Shown here one piece after another: positions 60,898-64,000 of a DNA stretch of 64,000 nt. The position numbers and the translations under genes were made by a program. The DNA lies in contig NC_067401.1 in assembly GCF_016432865.1 (NCBI RefSeq), positions 185,504,001 to 185,568,000 on the forward strand, given 5' to 3'. A model generated the notes under the pieces. It saw nothing but the letters and a program-made list of their open reading frames with translations, was not told where the DNA came from and searched no databases. The DNA comes from Antechinus flavipes. Taxonomy: Eukaryota. Within the stretch, counting starts at the first letter, position 1; every line of letters begins with the position of its first letter.

Positions 60898-61339
60898 CAT
60901 CCTCAGTGGGTACGTAGAGGTTGAGGTACAGACAGTCCTCACTCTGATTCTGCACGTAGCCAGCGGCAGCCTCCAGGTTGTCCGTGAACCAGACCGGGAG
61001 CATGATGGCTGGGAGGGCGCCGTGGAGGTTCTGGGGGCAGGCAGGCGGGAGGGCGGTAGCGTTCCTCACCCCAGGCCAAGAGGCTGGTGCCTCTGGGGGC
61101 TGGAAGCGTCGGGCCCCCAGAGGGGGTGTGGCGTAGGGTACCCCCAGGAACTGCATCACTGGGCCCAGGATCTCGTTGTTGAGTTCTCTGCGAACTCCCC
61201 GCACGCGTCCATATGCAGTGCCAACCACTGGGAAGCGTTCCTCCCCAGCCCCAGGACCCCCTGGGATACCCCCTATTGGTCCCCCTCCTCCCCTTTGAGC
61301 CCCCACCAGCCCCACCAGACACAGCACCAAGAGCCACAT
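60898..61339 (-). CDS. NLGN2: NLGN2 first coding exon (442 nt, phase 1): signal peptide and start of cholinesterase-like domain
   Basis: [20 protein letters not shown]...[16 protein letters not shown]...[18 protein letters not shown]; donor G|GTAAG. Confidence 0.98.
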
Positions 61340-62066
61340 GCTGATTGGGGGGGACCCCCCTCCCTCCCTGGGATCCCCCCCTCGGAGAGAGAGAGAGTGA
61401 GGGGGGGAGAGGGAGGGAGGTCCCCCCCTCTCCCCAGGGGGAAGGATGGGGAAGGGGAAAAGGGGGAAGGAAAGGGGGCAGGGAGGGAGGGGGAGTTAGA
61501 TCGGGGAGGAGAGAGGTCTGTTGCGCTCCATGGAGAGAGCAAAGGGTGGGGAATGGGGGAGGGTAAATGATAAGTGAGGGAAGATGGCAGGACCTAGAAA
61601 GATAAAAGAGTAGCTTGGGGATGGAGAGACAGAGGGATACAGAAAAAGAAAGACAGGAAAAGGGAAGGAAATATTAAGAGAGAGAAAGAGGGGAGAGAGA
61701 GAGAAAGAAAGAAGAAAGAAGAAAAGAAGAAGAAGAAGAATTAGAAGAAGAAGAAAAGATTAAAATAGAAGCAAAACAGGAGGGGAAAAACAGAGAGAAG
61801 AGAAGTGGTTAGTTAGAACTCAGATTCTGCATTATTCCCATCCCTCCCACCAACCATTCAACCCTACCACCCCCAGAACAGACACTAGACAAGGGATAAA
61901 AGGAGCCAGGTTATGATCAGTAATTAGTTAAGGCACTCAGGAAGGAGCTCAAGTCAGCATAGATTCAGGTCCCTGAAGTCTTACAGCGTAACTTTCTTTA
62001 GGTCCCCACATAGAGCCTCCATACTTCCTATAGCCCCATACTCAGGGACTGGGGAGTTAAGATTTA

Positions 62067-62068
<2 letters not shown>

Positions 62069-62116
<48 letters not shown>
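62069..62116. repeat. (CA)n microsatellite
   Basis: ~24 perfect units. Confidence 0.97.
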
Positions 62117-62120
<4 letters not shown>

Positions 62121-62532
62121 ATTGGTCTGGGGGAGGAAATAGACTTCAAGAAGAAAATAAAAATACCAGTTCATTAATTAGCAGGAAGTGGTGGTTTGTT
62201 TATCTGTGTTAATTACTTTGGAGCTATAATTTAACCACCACAGCAAACTCCCCACTCCCACCCTTAGTCTGAGGTAGTGACTGGGACCCAGTTTCCAAGC
62301 CCCCAGCTTCTTTTCTTCTCCATTGCTCAGTAACCAAGGGGATTTAGTTATCCAGCCCTCCAGCTGTCACCCATCTTCTTTCACATAGCTGCCTTCTTTC
62401 TCTTTCCCCTAAAGTTCAAGGTTTCCAGTGAGCTAGGGACTGGACAACTGAAAGCCTAGATTTCTGACTGGGGAGGAGGGCTTCTATGGGGGTTGGAGGG
62501 GCAATTTCTGGGGATGTGTGATCCTGGTGCTG

Positions 62533-62578
62533 GTTGCCAAGACAACCAGATGCTGCCCCGCAATGTTACCGCGGCAAC
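62533..62578. promoter_or_regulatory. Tandem RFX X-boxes upstream of NLGN2 coding start
   Basis: GTTGCCAAGACAAC (62533-62546) and GTTACCGCGGCAAC (62565-62578). Confidence 0.6.
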
Positions 62579-64000
62579 CAGCTGCAGCTTTAACCCTGGA
62601 AGGAGGCTAGGGGGTGGAGAAGGGGCCATGAAGAGCTTTGGGACCAAAGATACTAAGGTCTCTTACTAAGAATAGGGGTTGGAGGGGTGAGAGGGAGGAA
62701 AAAATCCCAAGGACTGGGACACCAGACTCCTGGTTCCTTGTCACTCCTAGAACTAAAATAAAGGAGCCTGTATTGTTGCGGGGGGAGTAAGATGGGGTGT
62801 CAGAGAAGCCTGAAAGCTCCTCCTCTTGCCCCCCTTGTTGGCCAATCCTAGTATAGCACTAGTGACCCAGGCCTGCAGACTCTGGTGAATAGGTAGGGAG
62901 GGGGAACTTCTGATGCTGAAATAGTGGGGGTGGGGTGAGGTAGAAGGCTTTCAATGAACACAGCAACTACCTCACAGTAACTACCTCTTGACAGTGTTAG
63001 TTTCTACCCAACCTACCCTTCTAAGTTCCCCCCCAAATAACTGGAGGTTCCTCCTTACTGGCATGGGGTTGCCACCTACATGCCTTACCTGTTCCTCAAC
63101 CTCAGTCTAGTACCCCATTCTGCCCTAGATCTAACATTTTCTCTTTTCTAGGGCTAAAACAACCAGCCTGTTTGCCTCCCTTATCTCTTTTCTCCCAGTT
63201 CACTAAGAAAGAACCAATATCACATATTTGTGGATAAAGCACCTGGATCCCTTACAAAAAGCAGAATGTAAGGAAGGGGAAAAATCCAGGATCTGGGGAC
63301 CCAGATACCTGGGTTATTCTTACATACTTCTTCCCTCCCCCTCCTACTGCTAAAGCTGTTTGCTGACAAGGAGATTTCTTTGGGTCATTTTTGGAACCAA
63401 GAATGTGTGCATGCCTGCCAGACAAGCTCTCTGCAAGTGTCAATTTATTCGGGAGATGAGTATACAGGAATTCCCAATACCACTTCAGTCCCATCCCTTT
63501 TCCATCTTGCCTTTTCTGCCCTCCACCCCCCAAACTCAGCTCTCCCTCCTATTCTTTCAGGACCCTACCCACTCCTGGCATTTCATATCCCAAGTCACTT
63601 GGGTCTTGTTTCACTGTTCTCCCATCCCCACCATTCAGCTACTTCTCCACTATCCAATCTCTCTAGTTCTCTCTGCTCTTCTTTCTGCTTCCTTCCCATC
63701 CCATCTCCCCATTTTTGTTTCTTTTTCAGCATTACATCTCTTCCTCCTAAACCCTTCATCGTTCAACACTTCTAATCTTCATTGGTTTTATCCCTTTTCT
63801 ACCTATATTTTTTCTCCCTCTTTATCTCTTTCCCTTCTTTCTCCATCTTTCGCTTTCCCTCTATATCTCTATGCATTTTCCCCTGCATCTCCCTTATGCC
63901 TCAATCTGTTCCCATCTCTCTTCCCTGTCCAGTTTCTTTCTCCATCTCTCTCATTTCTTTCGCCTTCCTTTTTGCCAATATCTCCCTCCCATCTCCCTTT

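Overview
Marsupial genomic DNA, most likely a dasyurid such as the Tasmanian devil (inferred from L1 3' UTR, WSINE1-type and MAR1 SINEs, and a BovB-like RTE), from a scaffolded assembly with two N-gaps. It is the orthologue of the human 17p13.1 block, with all genes on the minus strand. Transcriptional order: NLGN2 (7 coding exons, 832 aa) > SPEM1 (3 exons, 326 aa) > ~32 kb of nested retroelements > SPEM2 (3 exons, 503 aa) > SPEM3 (3 exons, 470 aa as read, three +1 frameshifts relative to its ancestral termini) > TMEM102 (2 coding exons, 507 aa) > FGF11 (first coding exon only). Most notable: (i) a gammaretrovirus-like LTR/PBS-Gln element 32 bp from the SPEM2 promoter motif, whose U3 end is mirrored by a perfect 25-bp inverted copy 2.1 kb away with matching 4-bp direct repeats; (ii) SPEM3 with frameshift-remodelled N- and C-termini; (iii) a paired GTCACAATG promoter motif shared by all three SPEM paralogues; (iv) an 8x hexapeptide array in SPEM1; (v) a complete 977-bp TRIM-like betaretroviral mini-provirus; (vi) RFX X-boxes at NLGN2. 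Gene identities and human comparisons come from my recall of the protein families, not database searches; exon boundaries were read by hand from the sequence.
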